A stretch of DNA of 64,000 bases, taken from assembly GCA_963702425.1 (NCBI GenBank), contig CAVPCQ010000032.1, positions 32,001 through 96,000 of the forward strand. Reading direction: 5' to 3'. The translations under genes were made by a program, and so were the position numbers. Numbering within the stretch: the first letter of the stretch is position 1; every line of letters begins with the position of its first letter. Positions 41,420-51,008 of this stretch are shown here, piece by piece. The DNA comes from an uncultured Acidobacteriota bacterium (lineage in GTDB: Bacteria > Acidobacteriota > Polarisedimenticolia > J045). The notes under the pieces were generated by a model. It worked only from the letters and a program-made list of their open reading frames with translations, searched no databases and was not told the DNA's origin.

Positions 41420-42069
41420 GGCAGGGCTCCCAGGCCGAGCGCGCTGAGAGGCCGCGCGGTCGCGCCTCCGGCGAGCCGCTCCTTGGCGCGCTGGTAGACG
41501 AGGAAGACGTTCCCGCCGCGGTGGTCGAACCCCAGGTCGTCCACCGACAGGACCCGCAGGCCGAGGCTCACCTTGGCGCGGATCGGGTTGAGGGCGGTAT
41601 CGAACGCTTCCTCGGTGATCGAGAAGTCGGTGATCCGGACCGGGACCACGCGGTTCTTGCCCCAGACGAAGAGCACGAGCGGCGACTCCAGCGGCGCGAT
41701 CTCGAGCGTCCCTGCCGCTTGCAGGGAGTTGTTCGCCACGAGGGCATCGGCCGCCGGGTAGACGATCGTCTCGAGCGCCGCGAGCTGGTCCGCGATCCCG
41801 ACCTCGACCGCGGTCCCCGAGCCGAGCTCGAGCTGGTCGGTGGCGTCGATCTCGGCGTCGAGCTTGATCGTCTCGATCGGCGGTCCCTTGAGCCGGAGCG
41901 CTTCCGAGCGGTCTCGCGTCTCCCCGCCGACTCCCTGCGGCTGGAGCGTCCGGGTCAGGGTGTCGGGGGTGTATTGCAGCGCGACCACGCGCCGTACGGC
42001 CCCCGAGCCCGGATCGACGAGGACGAGCCCCGCCTTGAGAACGGGCGGCGAGCCCGGAAAGGTCGTCAT
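41416..42069 (-). CDS. CIS tube initiator-like protein
   Basis: LQYTPDTLTR, LFVWG, ITEEAFD..LNPIRAKV. Confidence 0.8.
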   Translation of the reverse strand: MTTFPGSPPVLKAGLVLVDPGSGAVRRVVALQYTPDTLTRTLQPQGVGGETRDRSEALRLKGPPIETIKLDAEIDATDQLELGSGTAVEVGIADQLAALETIVYPAADALVANNSLQAAGTLEIAPLESPLVLFVWGKNRVVPVRITDFSITEEAFDTALNPIRAKVSLGLRVLSVDDLGFDHRGGNVFLVYQRAKERLAGGATARPLSALGLGALP

Positions 42070-42374
42070 GGAGTCCTCGGGTAGCGAGCGGCGAAGAAGG
42101 CGCCTGTGGCCGGGCGGACCGGGGCGAGCGAGGCGTGAACCTGCCGGGCCACGGCGGTGCCCAGCGCGGCACCAGCGGGCGGTGCGGGTGCCAACTGCCC
42201 GGCGTCGATCGAGTCGATCCGGGTCGGCCCCTCGGCCAGCGCCCCGAGGCCGCGCTCGGCCAGCAGGCGCTCCAGCTCGGCGACGACCGCGTCGGCGACG
42301 TGGTGGCGAGACCCCGGGGGCACACCGTGGAGCACCAGCTCGCCGATCGCGAGCGAGAGGCGCGGCGTCACCAT
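42066..42374 (-). CDS. Small eCIS-associated hypothetical protein
   Basis: IGELVLHG..VAELERLL..LGTAVARQVH; translationally coupled within the operon. Confidence 0.7.
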   Translation of the reverse strand: MVTPRLSLAIGELVLHGVPPGSRHHVADAVVAELERLLAERGLGALAEGPTRIDSIDAGQLAPAPPAGAALGTAVARQVHASLAPVRPATGAFFAARYPRTP

Positions 42375-44302
42375 CCGGCCACCTCCGCGTCCGCGAGCGG
42401 CCGCTCGAGCTTGGCGCACTCCGCCTCGGCCGCCGCCCGGAGGTGACGCATCGTGACCGCGCTCTCTTCAGCGGCCGCGAGGAACGCGGCCGAGAGCGCG
42501 ACGTTCCGGATGTTCCCGCCGGGCAGGTTCAGCCGCGCCAGGCGGTCGACGTCCACGCCGTCCTGCGGCAGCTCGCGCGGCAGGACGCGGCGCCAGATCT
42601 CCCGCCGCTCGCCGGCGTCGGGAAACGGGAACTCGACGACGAATCGCAGCCGCCGCATGAACGCCGTGTCGAGTGCGCTCCTGAGATTGGTCGCGAGGAT
42701 CGCGATCCCCTCGTACTGCTCCATCCGCTGGAGCAGGTAGCTGACCTCGACGTTGGCGTAGCGGTCGTGGGAGTCCTTGACCTCCGAGCGCTTGCCGAAC
42801 AGCGCGTCGGCTTCGTCGAAGAAGAGTACCGTTCCGCTCCCCTCGGCGGCGTCGAACACGCGCCTGAGGTTCTTCTCCGTCTCGCCGATGTACTTGCTGA
42901 CCACCGCGGAGAGGTCGACCTGGTAGAGCTCGAGTCCCAGCTCGCCCGCGAGCACTTCGGCCGCCATCGTCTTGCCGGTCCCGCTCGCCCCGGTGAAGAG
43001 CGCCGAGATCCCGAGCCCGCGGCCGGAACGGCGCGCGAAGCCCCAGCGCTCGTGGACCCGCCAGCGGTGATGCGCCTGATCGGCGATCGCGCGGAGCTGC
43101 CGCTTGTGGCGCGCCGCGAGCACGAGGTCGTCCCAGCCTGCGCACGGCACGATGCGCCGTGCGAGGCCGCCGAAGTCGCCGAGCGCGCGCCGGCTGGCGT
43201 CGCGGCACGCCGCGGCCAGAAGCTCGCGGGCACTGTCGCCGGTCGCATCGCCGAGCGACCCGGCGATCGCGCCGATCTCCGCCGCGCGGAGTCGAAAGCT
43301 GCACGCCAGGCGCCCGAGCTCATCGTCGCTCCACTCGGCGTGCGGGGCGAGTGCCGCCCGCCACAGTTCGTGCGCCTCGGTGGGGGTCGGCGTCGGCACC
43401 GCGAAGGCGGGCACCCCGTCCGCCTCGGACGGCCGCGCCCCCGCGTGCCCGAGCAGGATCGGGACGCCGTCGCTCGCGACGCGGCACGCGAGCGCCGCGG
43501 CCTCCGGGGCGTCCGACTCGATCAGGAGCAGCCGCCCGCGCAGGCGGGCCTCGCGCTGCCAGCGGGCCCCGAGCTCCGAGCGCTCGTGCGCGAGCGCGGG
43601 CACCGCCGCCGCGGGAAGCACGAAGGCCTCGCGCCCGAGCGCGGCCGCGGCCGCGAGCGCCAGCGCACGACGGGCAGACGCATCCGTTCCCACCAGCTCG
43701 ACCACCGGCCGAACGCCGGCGAGCGCGTCCACCATCTCGGCCGCCACCGCCCGCTGGCCGGGCGTGAGCGGGACGGCCGGCCTCCATTCCGTGAGCCGAA
43801 CGACGAACGCGGTCAGCCGCTCGTCCTCCGCTGGAGCCCCGGCCAGCCAATGCAGGACCGACTCGTCGAGCCGAAGCTCACGCTCGGTGATTGCCCCCTC
43901 GCCGGCCAGCTCGACGATCCGGTACGCGCGCAGCGGGGCGTCGGGCGAGAGCGCGCTCCAGTGCGGATCCCGCAGCAGCGCGAGCGCGAGGCTGAAGCTC
44001 GGCCAGGGTCTTCCGCCGTTGACGGTCGCGAGCGTGCGGGCGAAGCTCGACGAGAGTTCGCGTCCGGCCGCGAGCAGGACCACTTCCTCCTCGAACGGGG
44101 TGAGGGAGAAAGCTGACACCAGAGTCTCGAGCGCGTCCGGGCGGGGGCGGTCAGGTGCCGTCGTCGGGGCCGTCCCCGCTGCGGCCCCCGGCGCGGCCCC
44201 GTCCAGCGCGGCCGCGCGCTCGATCCGCGCGCGCAGCTCCTCGATCCGCGCGACCAGCTCGCGCTGGTTGGTCTCGACCCGATCCGGGGCCACGGCGCTC
44301 AT
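42368..44302 (-). CDS. eCIS AAA+ ATPase (Afp15/Pvc15-like)
   Basis: GASGTGKT, VSKYIGETEKNL, FFDEADALFGKRSEVKDSHDRYAN. Confidence 0.93.
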   Translation of the reverse strand: MSAVAPDRVETNQRELVARIEELRARIERAAALDGAAPGAAAGTAPTTAPDRPRPDALETLVSAFSLTPFEEEVVLLAAGRELSSSFARTLATVNGGRPWPSFSLALALLRDPHWSALSPDAPLRAYRIVELAGEGAITERELRLDESVLHWLAGAPAEDERLTAFVVRLTEWRPAVPLTPGQRAVAAEMVDALAGVRPVVELVGTDASARRALALAAAAALGREAFVLPAAAVPALAHERSELGARWQREARLRGRLLLIESDAPEAAALACRVASDGVPILLGHAGARPSEADGVPAFAVPTPTPTEAHELWRAALAPHAEWSDDELGRLACSFRLRAAEIGAIAGSLGDATGDSARELLAAACRDASRRALGDFGGLARRIVPCAGWDDLVLAARHKRQLRAIADQAHHRWRVHERWGFARRSGRGLGISALFTGASGTGKTMAAEVLAGELGLELYQVDLSAVVSKYIGETEKNLRRVFDAAEGSGTVLFFDEADALFGKRSEVKDSHDRYANVEVSYLLQRMEQYEGIAILATNLRSALDTAFMRRLRFVVEFPFPDAGERREIWRRVLPRELPQDGVDVDRLARLNLPGGNIRNVALSAAFLAAAEESAVTMRHLRAAAEAECAKLERPLADAEVAGW

Positions 44303-45552
44303 GTGATCGTCACGCGCGGGCCGGTGAAGGCCTTCTTCAGCGGGTCGGGCTGGACGGCGTCGGACTCGACGGTCAGGGCGCTCTCGGCCCCTTCCACCCT
44401 CAGGCGAACGAGGAACGTCCCGATCGGGAAGTCGGCCGGCACCGTGAACGAGAGCGCGGCCAGGGGCGGCGAGGCGGGCGCGCGCGCCGGCAGTTCGAGC
44501 GAAAGCTCGCCGACGATCAGACGCACGTCCTGGCTCGCCGCGACCGGGGGATCGACGGCGAGCGAGAGCGCCGCGCCGCGCGCGACGCTCGCCGGCACGC
44601 CGGAGATCACCGGGACGAGCATGAACGGGAGGACGTTCGACTCCCACGCGCGATGCGGATCGGAGGGGGTGCCGAACGCCACCTCGTGCACGACCTGGAT
44701 CGTCAACAGGCCCGCCGGGAGACCCGCCGGCACGCCGATCGTCAGCTCGCTCTCCGTGGCGCTCGAGGGCGTGACGAGCGTCCCGCCGACGTTCACACGC
44801 GTCCCCGCGCCCGCCAGGTTCGTGCCCGCGATCGTCAGCGTGCCGCCCGGCGCCACGATCTGCGGAACGACCTCGTGCAGCACCGGGCGGGCCAGCGGAC
44901 GCGCGACGAGGTTGCGCTCGCGTACGGGGAGCGCGCGCCGCGCCGGGCGCCGCGACTCGATCAGCACGACCGACACGAGATAGCAGGCCGACGGACGCAG
45001 GTTCGTCGAGAAGGCGGTCCAGAGCCGCGAGAGGTCCTCGGTGCCGAGGTACTCGGGAGTGATCTTGAGCTGCTCGACCTGCTCGGCGAGATCCGCCGCG
45101 GCGAGCAGCGGGTACCCCCCCGGGAGCACGTCCGAGCCGTCCACCGGCGGGGTGCCTCCCAGGCTGATCCGGATCCGCTCGCGCGGCAGCGCCGGTGTCT
45201 CGTGCAGGAGCTGCATCGCGTAGCCGAGCAGGATCTCGGCGTGGAACGGCTCCTTGCCGTGGGCCGAGAGCAGATAGTGGAGATCCAGCGCGAGCGGCGG
45301 ATTCGTCATGCGGTTGCCGGAGGGATCACGCGCGGGGAGGGCCTCATTGCGCCAGGCCTGGTTCGGGGAGACGCGGTAGAGAAACAGGTTGAGCTGACTG
45401 CCGTCGGAAGCGGCGGGCTTCACGAGGTCGGGAGCGAGCGCGGTGACCTTGACGGTCCCGACCTTCGCGGCGAGGTCGTTGTTGATCACGCCCTCGTTGA
45501 GCAGGTCGCGGAGGACCGCGGTGACGCCGGCCAGCGCGAGCGCGTTGCTCAC
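44299..45552 (-). CDS. DUF4255/Pvc16-like tail terminator with IPT/TIG domains
   Basis: MSNALALAGVT, LNLFLYRV.PN..WRN, LDLHYLL, LSRLWT. Confidence 0.88.
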   Translation of the reverse strand: MSNALALAGVTAVLRDLLNEGVINNDLAAKVGTVKVTALAPDLVKPAASDGSQLNLFLYRVSPNQAWRNEALPARDPSGNRMTNPPLALDLHYLLSAHGKEPFHAEILLGYAMQLLHETPALPRERIRISLGGTPPVDGSDVLPGGYPLLAAADLAEQVEQLKITPEYLGTEDLSRLWTAFSTNLRPSACYLVSVVLIESRRPARRALPVRERNLVARPLARPVLHEVVPQIVAPGGTLTIAGTNLAGAGTRVNVGGTLVTPSSATESELTIGVPAGLPAGLLTIQVVHEVAFGTPSDPHRAWESNVLPFMLVPVISGVPASVARGAALSLAVDPPVAASQDVRLIVGELSLELPARAPASPPLAALSFTVPADFPIGTFLVRLRVEGAESALTVESDAVQPDPLKKAFTGPRVTIT

Positions 45553-46268
45553 CGTCCACTCCTTTCCTTCAGGTACTGCTCGAGTGGCATCGCGCCCGGG
45601 CGGCGCGCGGGGGGCGTGGCCCGGGCCGCGGGGGGCTCGTAGACGGCGCGGACGTCGACGCGCCCGATCGTCACCTGCACCGCGCGGGACCCGGCGCCGC
45701 CTGCATCGAGGCCGAAGCGTTCACGCCGCGCGGCGGGGCTGCGCAGGATGGCCGTGGGGATCGGAAGCGGCCGGCCCATGCTCATCGGGGGCTCCGCGGA
45801 AAGCGCAGCGGCCGCGGCGGGAACCCACTGCGCGTCGTGTGGGGTCGTCGCTGGATGCGGGTTGCGCGGGGCCGCGGGCGACGCGGCCGGCGATGGCGCG
45901 GCGGGCGGCTCGCCGGTCAGGTGGGCCGGGACCGCGAGTTCCGGCGTGCTTCGCGGGGCGTCCACCGGACGGTCGGGGGCCGACGAGCGTTCCGGTTGAG
46001 CGGCCCCGCGCGGTCGCGGTGCGACCCCGCGCGGCGGCGTGCCGATCGCGACCTGGGGCGCATCGCTCGACGTGGAGGCCTCGGGAGGGATTGCCGGCGG
46101 AACGGCCCGCGTTCTGATGTGGGCTCGCTCCGACGGATCATCGGCGCCCGCCGCGAGCCCGGAGCGATCCGCCTCCTGCCACGACGCCTCGAACGGCGTG
46201 AGCCGCCGGGGCCGGATCTCCGGCTCCCGGCCGATCGCTCGATCGCCCAGCCGCGTGAGAGCGCTCAT
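45549..46268 (-). CDS. Pro-rich eCIS-associated hypothetical protein
   Basis: C-terminal VQVTIGRVDVRA..LEQYL; translationally coupled. Confidence 0.7.
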   Translation of the reverse strand: MSALTRLGDRAIGREPEIRPRRLTPFEASWQEADRSGLAAGADDPSERAHIRTRAVPPAIPPEASTSSDAPQVAIGTPPRGVAPRPRGAAQPERSSAPDRPVDAPRSTPELAVPAHLTGEPPAAPSPAASPAAPRNPHPATTPHDAQWVPAAAAALSAEPPMSMGRPLPIPTAILRSPAARRERFGLDAGGAGSRAVQVTIGRVDVRAVYEPPAARATPPARRPGAMPLEQYLKERSGR

Positions 46269-47011
46269 GCGCGGAGCCGCTCCAGGTAGTAGCGGCGCCG
46301 GGTCGGGGCCAGCGCGAGGATCGTCTCCTCGCTCCAGCCGTATCCCGACGCGATGACGTGCACTTCGTCGAGCAGCCGCGCCGCCCAGGCCGACAGCTCC
46401 GACCAGAAGAAGGTGCCCAGATCGAAAGCCTCGCCCCAGCGGTGCCCGCACGCCGGACAGTCGAGTTCGAGGACCTCGTTCAGCCACGGGTCGGCCGCGG
46501 CCATCCGCTCTGCGAGGGCCTCGAGGACGGGAGACGGGAGCTCGGCGGCGGCGAGCTCCCGATCCCTCTCGTCGCGCGCCTCGAGCACGCAGCGCTCCAC
46601 CACCGCGCGCCCCGCGCCGGACTCGTCCTGCAGCGTCCCGGCGGCGAGCAGGTCGGAGGTGTTCGGCAGCCGGAACGCGACGTGGCACTCCCCCACGGTT
46701 GCGGTGAAGCGCGCGTCCGGCGGCGGGGGAACGTCGGAGGCCTCGAGGACGTCCAGGTCGAGAGAGAACTCGAGCCGCTCGCCGCACGCGGGGCAGCGGG
46801 TCTCCGCGTCGGCGCGTCCGCCCAGCGCGCGCCGCCGCAGCTCCGCCAGCCGGCGATCGCGCTCGCCCAGCGGAAGCGACGCGAGCCGGCCGGGCGGCTC
46901 CCCCAGCGCCGTTTCGAGCAGCGCGAGCGGCCGCCCCGCCGGCCCCTCGGTGAGGCCACGCTCCCACGCCGCGAGCAGCGTCCCGGCGCCGATGGGAGCG
47001 GAGAGACTCAC
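46265..47011 (-). CDS. T4 gp26-like / tail assembly protein with two CxxC motifs
   Basis: CPACG twice, FRLPN, EVHVIASGYGWSE..IL. Confidence 0.8.
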   Translation of the reverse strand: MSLSAPIGAGTLLAAWERGLTEGPAGRPLALLETALGEPPGRLASLPLGERDRRLAELRRRALGGRADAETRCPACGERLEFSLDLDVLEASDVPPPPDARFTATVGECHVAFRLPNTSDLLAAGTLQDESGAGRAVVERCVLEARDERDRELAAAELPSPVLEALAERMAAADPWLNEVLELDCPACGHRWGEAFDLGTFFWSELSAWAARLLDEVHVIASGYGWSEETILALAPTRRRYYLERLRA

Positions 47012-47535
47012 GCCACCGGCTCGGTGAAGCTCGGCTCGGCGGGCTCCGAGACCTCGTAGTCGCGCTCCCAGCCCTCGTTCTCGAGCTTGATCGACTGGAT
47101 CAGGACCGCGTTGGCGTTGGCGTCGAGGTCGGCCTGGGACTGGAACTCCGAGACCCAGCAGCGATAGATCTTGTAGGTCGTCACGAGCTGCCCGGCCTCG
47201 TTGTAGAGCTCGACCAGGATGTCCTTCCGGAAGTCCTTGAGCGACACCTCGGACCCCAGGCCGGAGCCGTAGTTCCAGACCTTGTTGGCCCACTTCTCGA
47301 ATTCGGTGTCGTGGGTGACGCCGCGCTCGAGGGTGATCGCCTCGTACTCGGTCCGGCCGGGCGACTTGCGCGAGCTGGACGGGTCGCCCCCCTCGCGGTG
47401 CTTCACGACCTCGGTGGTGCGCTTGAGCGCGCTCACCTTGCTCACGCCCGCGACGTAGCGTCCGTCCCACTTCACGCGGAACTTGAAGTTCTTGTACGGA
47501 TCGAAGCGCTGCGGGTTGACGGTGAACTGTGCCAT
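47008..47535 (-). CDS. Tail tube protein (gp19-like)
   Basis: DPYKNFKFRV, HREGG, ITLERG, F..WA. Confidence 0.93.
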   Translation of the reverse strand: MAQFTVNPQRFDPYKNFKFRVKWDGRYVAGVSKVSALKRTTEVVKHREGGDPSSSRKSPGRTEYEAITLERGVTHDTEFEKWANKVWNYGSGLGSEVSLKDFRKDILVELYNEAGQLVTTYKIYRCWVSEFQSQADLDANANAVLIQSIKLENEGWERDYEVSEPAEPSFTEPVA

Positions 47536-47560
47536 GATCTTCTCCTTCGGCAGGGCCGGC

Positions 47561-49162
47561 TCACGCCTGCGTCTGGCCCGCGAGCTGCTGGATCCTGATT
47601 ACGACGAATTCCGCCGGCTTGAGCGGAGCGAAGCCGACGAGGATGTTGACGATCCCGCGGTTCACGTCGTCCTGGGTCGTCGTCTCGCGGTCGCACTTGA
47701 CGAGGTACGCCTCGCGCGGCGTGGTGCCCTGGAACGCACCCTGGCGGAACAGCGAGTGCATGAACGCGCCGACGTTGAGGCGGATCTGGGCCCACAGCGG
47801 CTCGTCGTTGGGCTCGAACACCACCCACTGCGTGCCGCGGTAGAGCGACTCCTCCAGGAACAGGGCGAGCCGCCGGACCGGGACGTACTTGTACTCGTCC
47901 GCCAGCAGGTCGGCGCCGCGCATCGTGCGCGCTCCCCACACCACGTGCCCGGCCAGCGGGAAGGTGCGCAGGCAGTTGATCCCGAGCGGATTGAGCATCC
48001 CGTTCTCCGGATCGGTGAGCGTGACCGCCAGCCCGGCCGGCCCGTTGACCGCGGCGTCGAGCCCCGCCGGCGCCTTCCACACCCCGCGCTGCTCGTCGGT
48101 TCGCGCCATCACGCCGGCCACCAGGCCGCACGGCACGAAGGTGTCGAGCTGCCCCTCGCGCAGCGGATCGCGCGCCTTGACCCGCGGGAAGTAGACCGCG
48201 GCGTTGCGGGCCATGACGCCCGACAGGCCGAGCGCGGTCAGCGCGGCATTGTTGTTCTTCGTGATCTCGTTGGCACTGGTCCACGCGACCGGCGGGTCCA
48301 CGATCAGCATCGCACGCCGATCGACGCAGAACTTGAGGGCGGCCTTGTAGACATCAGCAGGTGTGTCCCCGCCGCGGGTGTCGGCCGGGATGCAGAGCAG
48401 GTTGAAGAGGTCGGTCTTCTTGAGCGCGTAGAGCGCCGTCTTGTCCCCCTCGCTGCCCGTGAAATCGGCCGTCACGAGGGCGGCGCTGTCGACCGCCTTG
48501 TCCGGGTCGGCGACGCCGGTCGAGGCGTTGGCATCCTCCCAGACCGTCTTCCCCGCCGCGGGTGCCGGGTGCGCCGCGGGAGCAGTCGCCGCCGGCAGCG
48601 CGGTCGAGACCCTGACGAGCTGCGATTCGGCTTTCAGCACGCGGTCGGCGCGCCGGGCGCTCTCCTTGGTCGTCAGGTTGAAGAAGACCTCCTCGGCCCC
48701 GTTCGCCATGTCGCGGACCCGGAGATTGAAGATGTCGGTCGTCGCGACCCCCAGGCGCGTCGCGATCTCCGCGGCCGCGCCCGCGTCGACCGCCTCGACG
48801 CGCGCCCGGAGCGTGTTGCCCCACGCTCCCGCCGAGGCCGCCTCGAGGTTGAAGTTCGTGATCTTGACCGGGGCCTTCTCGTTGCCGGCCGCGGGCTTCT
48901 TGTAGAGCCTCACGATCACGGCCTTGGAGCCGCCGTTGAGGTAGAAGTCGCGAACCGCGTAGCTCAGCGGGAAGTCGACGGCGAGCTTGCCGAATGCGCG
49001 CTCGAAGTCCGCAAAGCTGTTGATGATCACCGGCTCGTTGACCTCGCCCTTGAGGGCGCGGCCCAGGAACGCGGTGATCGAGGTCGCGACGCCGGTGAGC
49101 GTGCGCACACCGCTCGGCACTTCCTCGATGTAGACCCCCGGGTACGTCAGGTTCGATGGCAT
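47561..49162 (-). CDS. Contractile tail sheath protein
   Basis: YPGVYIEE, RGVWKAPAG, WGART, YVPVRR, VFEPN, APLKPAEFV. Confidence 0.95.
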   Translation of the reverse strand: MPSNLTYPGVYIEEVPSGVRTLTGVATSITAFLGRALKGEVNEPVIINSFADFERAFGKLAVDFPLSYAVRDFYLNGGSKAVIVRLYKKPAAGNEKAPVKITNFNLEAASAGAWGNTLRARVEAVDAGAAAEIATRLGVATTDIFNLRVRDMANGAEEVFFNLTTKESARRADRVLKAESQLVRVSTALPAATAPAAHPAPAAGKTVWEDANASTGVADPDKAVDSAALVTADFTGSEGDKTALYALKKTDLFNLLCIPADTRGGDTPADVYKAALKFCVDRRAMLIVDPPVAWTSANEITKNNNAALTALGLSGVMARNAAVYFPRVKARDPLREGQLDTFVPCGLVAGVMARTDEQRGVWKAPAGLDAAVNGPAGLAVTLTDPENGMLNPLGINCLRTFPLAGHVVWGARTMRGADLLADEYKYVPVRRLALFLEESLYRGTQWVVFEPNDEPLWAQIRLNVGAFMHSLFRQGAFQGTTPREAYLVKCDRETTTQDDVNRGIVNILVGFAPLKPAEFVVIRIQQLAGQTQA

Positions 49163-49225
49163 GTCCGGCTCCTTGTCTCGTGAACTCCGGTGTGTGCACG
49201 TCCGCGGGGTCGCGGCGTCACGCGT

Positions 49226-49483
49226 TCAGCCAACTCGGTTCGGCCCGCGGTGCGCCGCCCCGTAGATCGCGATGCCGTCGGACAGTCGCTTCTGCGTCAC
49301 CACCCCGTCCGCGATCAGCAGCTCGAGCGCGTGACGCACCGCGTCCGTCGACGCCTCCACCTCCCCCGTGGAGATCCACCAGCGCTGCACCCCCGGGAGG
49401 CTGTCGGAGGCATTCGGGTGGGCGGCGAGGTAGGCCCGGATCGCGGTCGCGATCTGATGGACGGCGGGCGGCTCGAGCACCAT
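49226..49483 (-). CDS. Small winged-helix-like protein heading the eCIS operon
   Basis: YLAAHPNASDSLPGVQRWW..V..ALELL...G..IY; the start could be GTG 49498. Confidence 0.65.
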   Translation of the reverse strand: MVLEPPAVHQIATAIRAYLAAHPNASDSLPGVQRWWISTGEVEASTDAVRHALELLIADGVVTQKRLSDGIAIYGAAHRGPNRVG

Positions 49484-49517
49484 CGGGGGGTCCCTCACTG
49501 CAGAGGGGAATCAAGTA

Positions 49518-49533
49518 AGCAAGTCCTGTGCCG
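49518..49533 (-). promoter_or_regulatory. Sigma-54 (-24/-12) promoter of the eCIS operon
   Basis: Minus strand reads CGGCAC-AGGAC-TTGCT, matching TGGCAC-N5-TTGCW; lies next to a sigma-54 activator gene. Confidence 0.8.
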
Positions 49534-49723
49534 GGGAGGCGCGGCAGGGACAAGTGACTTGGAATCAGCAGGATCGGGCGGCAGCGGGGAGGAACGGCGG
49601 AGCGGGGTGGGTCGCCTGCGCCTCACCCTGCGGCGGGTCGGGCCTCGAAAGGCCTGCGCCGCGGTCGAGCGGTCCGGGGCGCCATTGCCCGGGGGTGGGT
49701 CGAATCCGACCCACGGCGGCGGA

Positions 49724-50731
49724 TCAACTGAGCTCGGGCCGGTATTCCGCGCGGTCGAAGCCGTGCTTCTTGAGCAGGCGGCCCAGCGCTCGCCGCTCCT
49801 TCCCGCTGCGCCGCGCGGCGGCCGACACGTTTCCGTTGGTCTCCACGAGGAGCTGCGCGAGATAGGCGCGCTCGAAGTTCGCGATGGCCTGCTCTTTCGC
49901 GATCTTGAACGCCGGAAACGCGCGCGCGTCCCCGCTCGAGCACTGGTCGACGAGAGCGGTCAGGCGCCTGGGATCGAGCGCGGAGGCCGGGATCTCGAAC
50001 TCCGGGCCGTCGGCCAGCAGGAACTCGCGATGGACGAGGTTCTCGAGCTCCCGCACGTTGCCGGGCCAGTCGTAGCGAAGGAGGCGATCCCGCGACGCCG
50101 CACCGAGCGTCTTCTGCGGCTGGCCGTACTGGCGCGCGAAGCGCCTCGTGAAGTGCTCGACGAGCAGCGGGACGTCCGACCGACGCTCGCGCAGGGGCGG
50201 CATCTCGAGCCCCATGATGTTGAGCCGGAACTGGAGGTCCTGGCGAAACGACCGGCACCGCACCAGCTCTGAGAGGTCCGCATTGCTCGCGGCGATGACC
50301 CGCACGTTTGCAACCAGAGTCTGCCGCCCCCCGAGCGGCCGATAGTGCCGGTCCTGGAGGAATCTCAGCAGCGCAACCTGGGCTCGAGGCGAGAGCGTCT
50401 CGACTTCGTCGAGGAACAGCGTCCCGCCCTCGGCATCGGCGATGACTCCCGAGCGAGTGTCGTGGGCATCCGTGTACGCCCCCGAAGCGTGACCGAACAG
50501 CTCGTTCTCGACGAGGCTGTCCGGAATCGCCCCGCAGTTGACGGGTATGAACGCGAAGTCGCGTCGCGACCCGAGGTAGTGGATCGCGCGCGCCGCGAGC
50601 TCCTTGCCGGTCCCCGTCTCCCCGCACACGAGGACGGTCGCGTCGCACTCTGCATAGCGCCGGATCAGCGCGAGGCAGCGCTCGAAGCTCGGCGAGCAGC
50701 CGACAAGGTTCAGGGTCTCCAACGCCGCCAT
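49724..50731 (-). CDS. Sigma-54-dependent enhancer-binding protein without N-terminal sensor domain
   Basis: GETGTGKE, ENELFGH..GAYTDA, LFLDEV, FRQDLQFRL, WPGNVRELEN, Fis-type HTH; the start could be 50785. Confidence 0.9.
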   Translation of the reverse strand: MAALETLNLVGCSPSFERCLALIRRYAECDATVLVCGETGTGKELAARAIHYLGSRRDFAFIPVNCGAIPDSLVENELFGHASGAYTDAHDTRSGVIADAEGGTLFLDEVETLSPRAQVALLRFLQDRHYRPLGGRQTLVANVRVIAASNADLSELVRCRSFRQDLQFRLNIMGLEMPPLRERRSDVPLLVEHFTRRFARQYGQPQKTLGAASRDRLLRYDWPGNVRELENLVHREFLLADGPEFEIPASALDPRRLTALVDQCSSGDARAFPAFKIAKEQAIANFERAYLAQLLVETNGNVSAAARRSGKERRALGRLLKKHGFDRAEYRPELS

Positions 50732-51008
50732 CACGGGCCTCCCCCAGGGCATCGACCGGGCCGTCGGGCTGGAACGGCAGGGCACGATCGTTGCGTATGG
50801 GTGATTCAGCGCCGTTTCCTGTAGTGCGTGAGGCTAGCACGGAAGGGCGCGCGGCGAGCCGGGACGGTCGTCGTTCCGGCGATCGAGCGGTCGTTTACGG
50901 GGGGTTGGCGGCGCGACTGCGGCGCGCCCCACCCAGGGAAACATTATCGAGAGGTAAGGCGCCTTCTCCTCGGAGGCGGCATCGTCGTCGGACGGGACGA
51001 CGGGACCG

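Noticed and set aside
27372-49162. Tail genes as a prophage or T6SS
   Set aside because: There is no capsid, terminase, portal or integrase, and no TssJLM membrane complex or ClpV. DUF4255, the Afp15-like ATPase and DUF4157 cargo indicate an eCIS.
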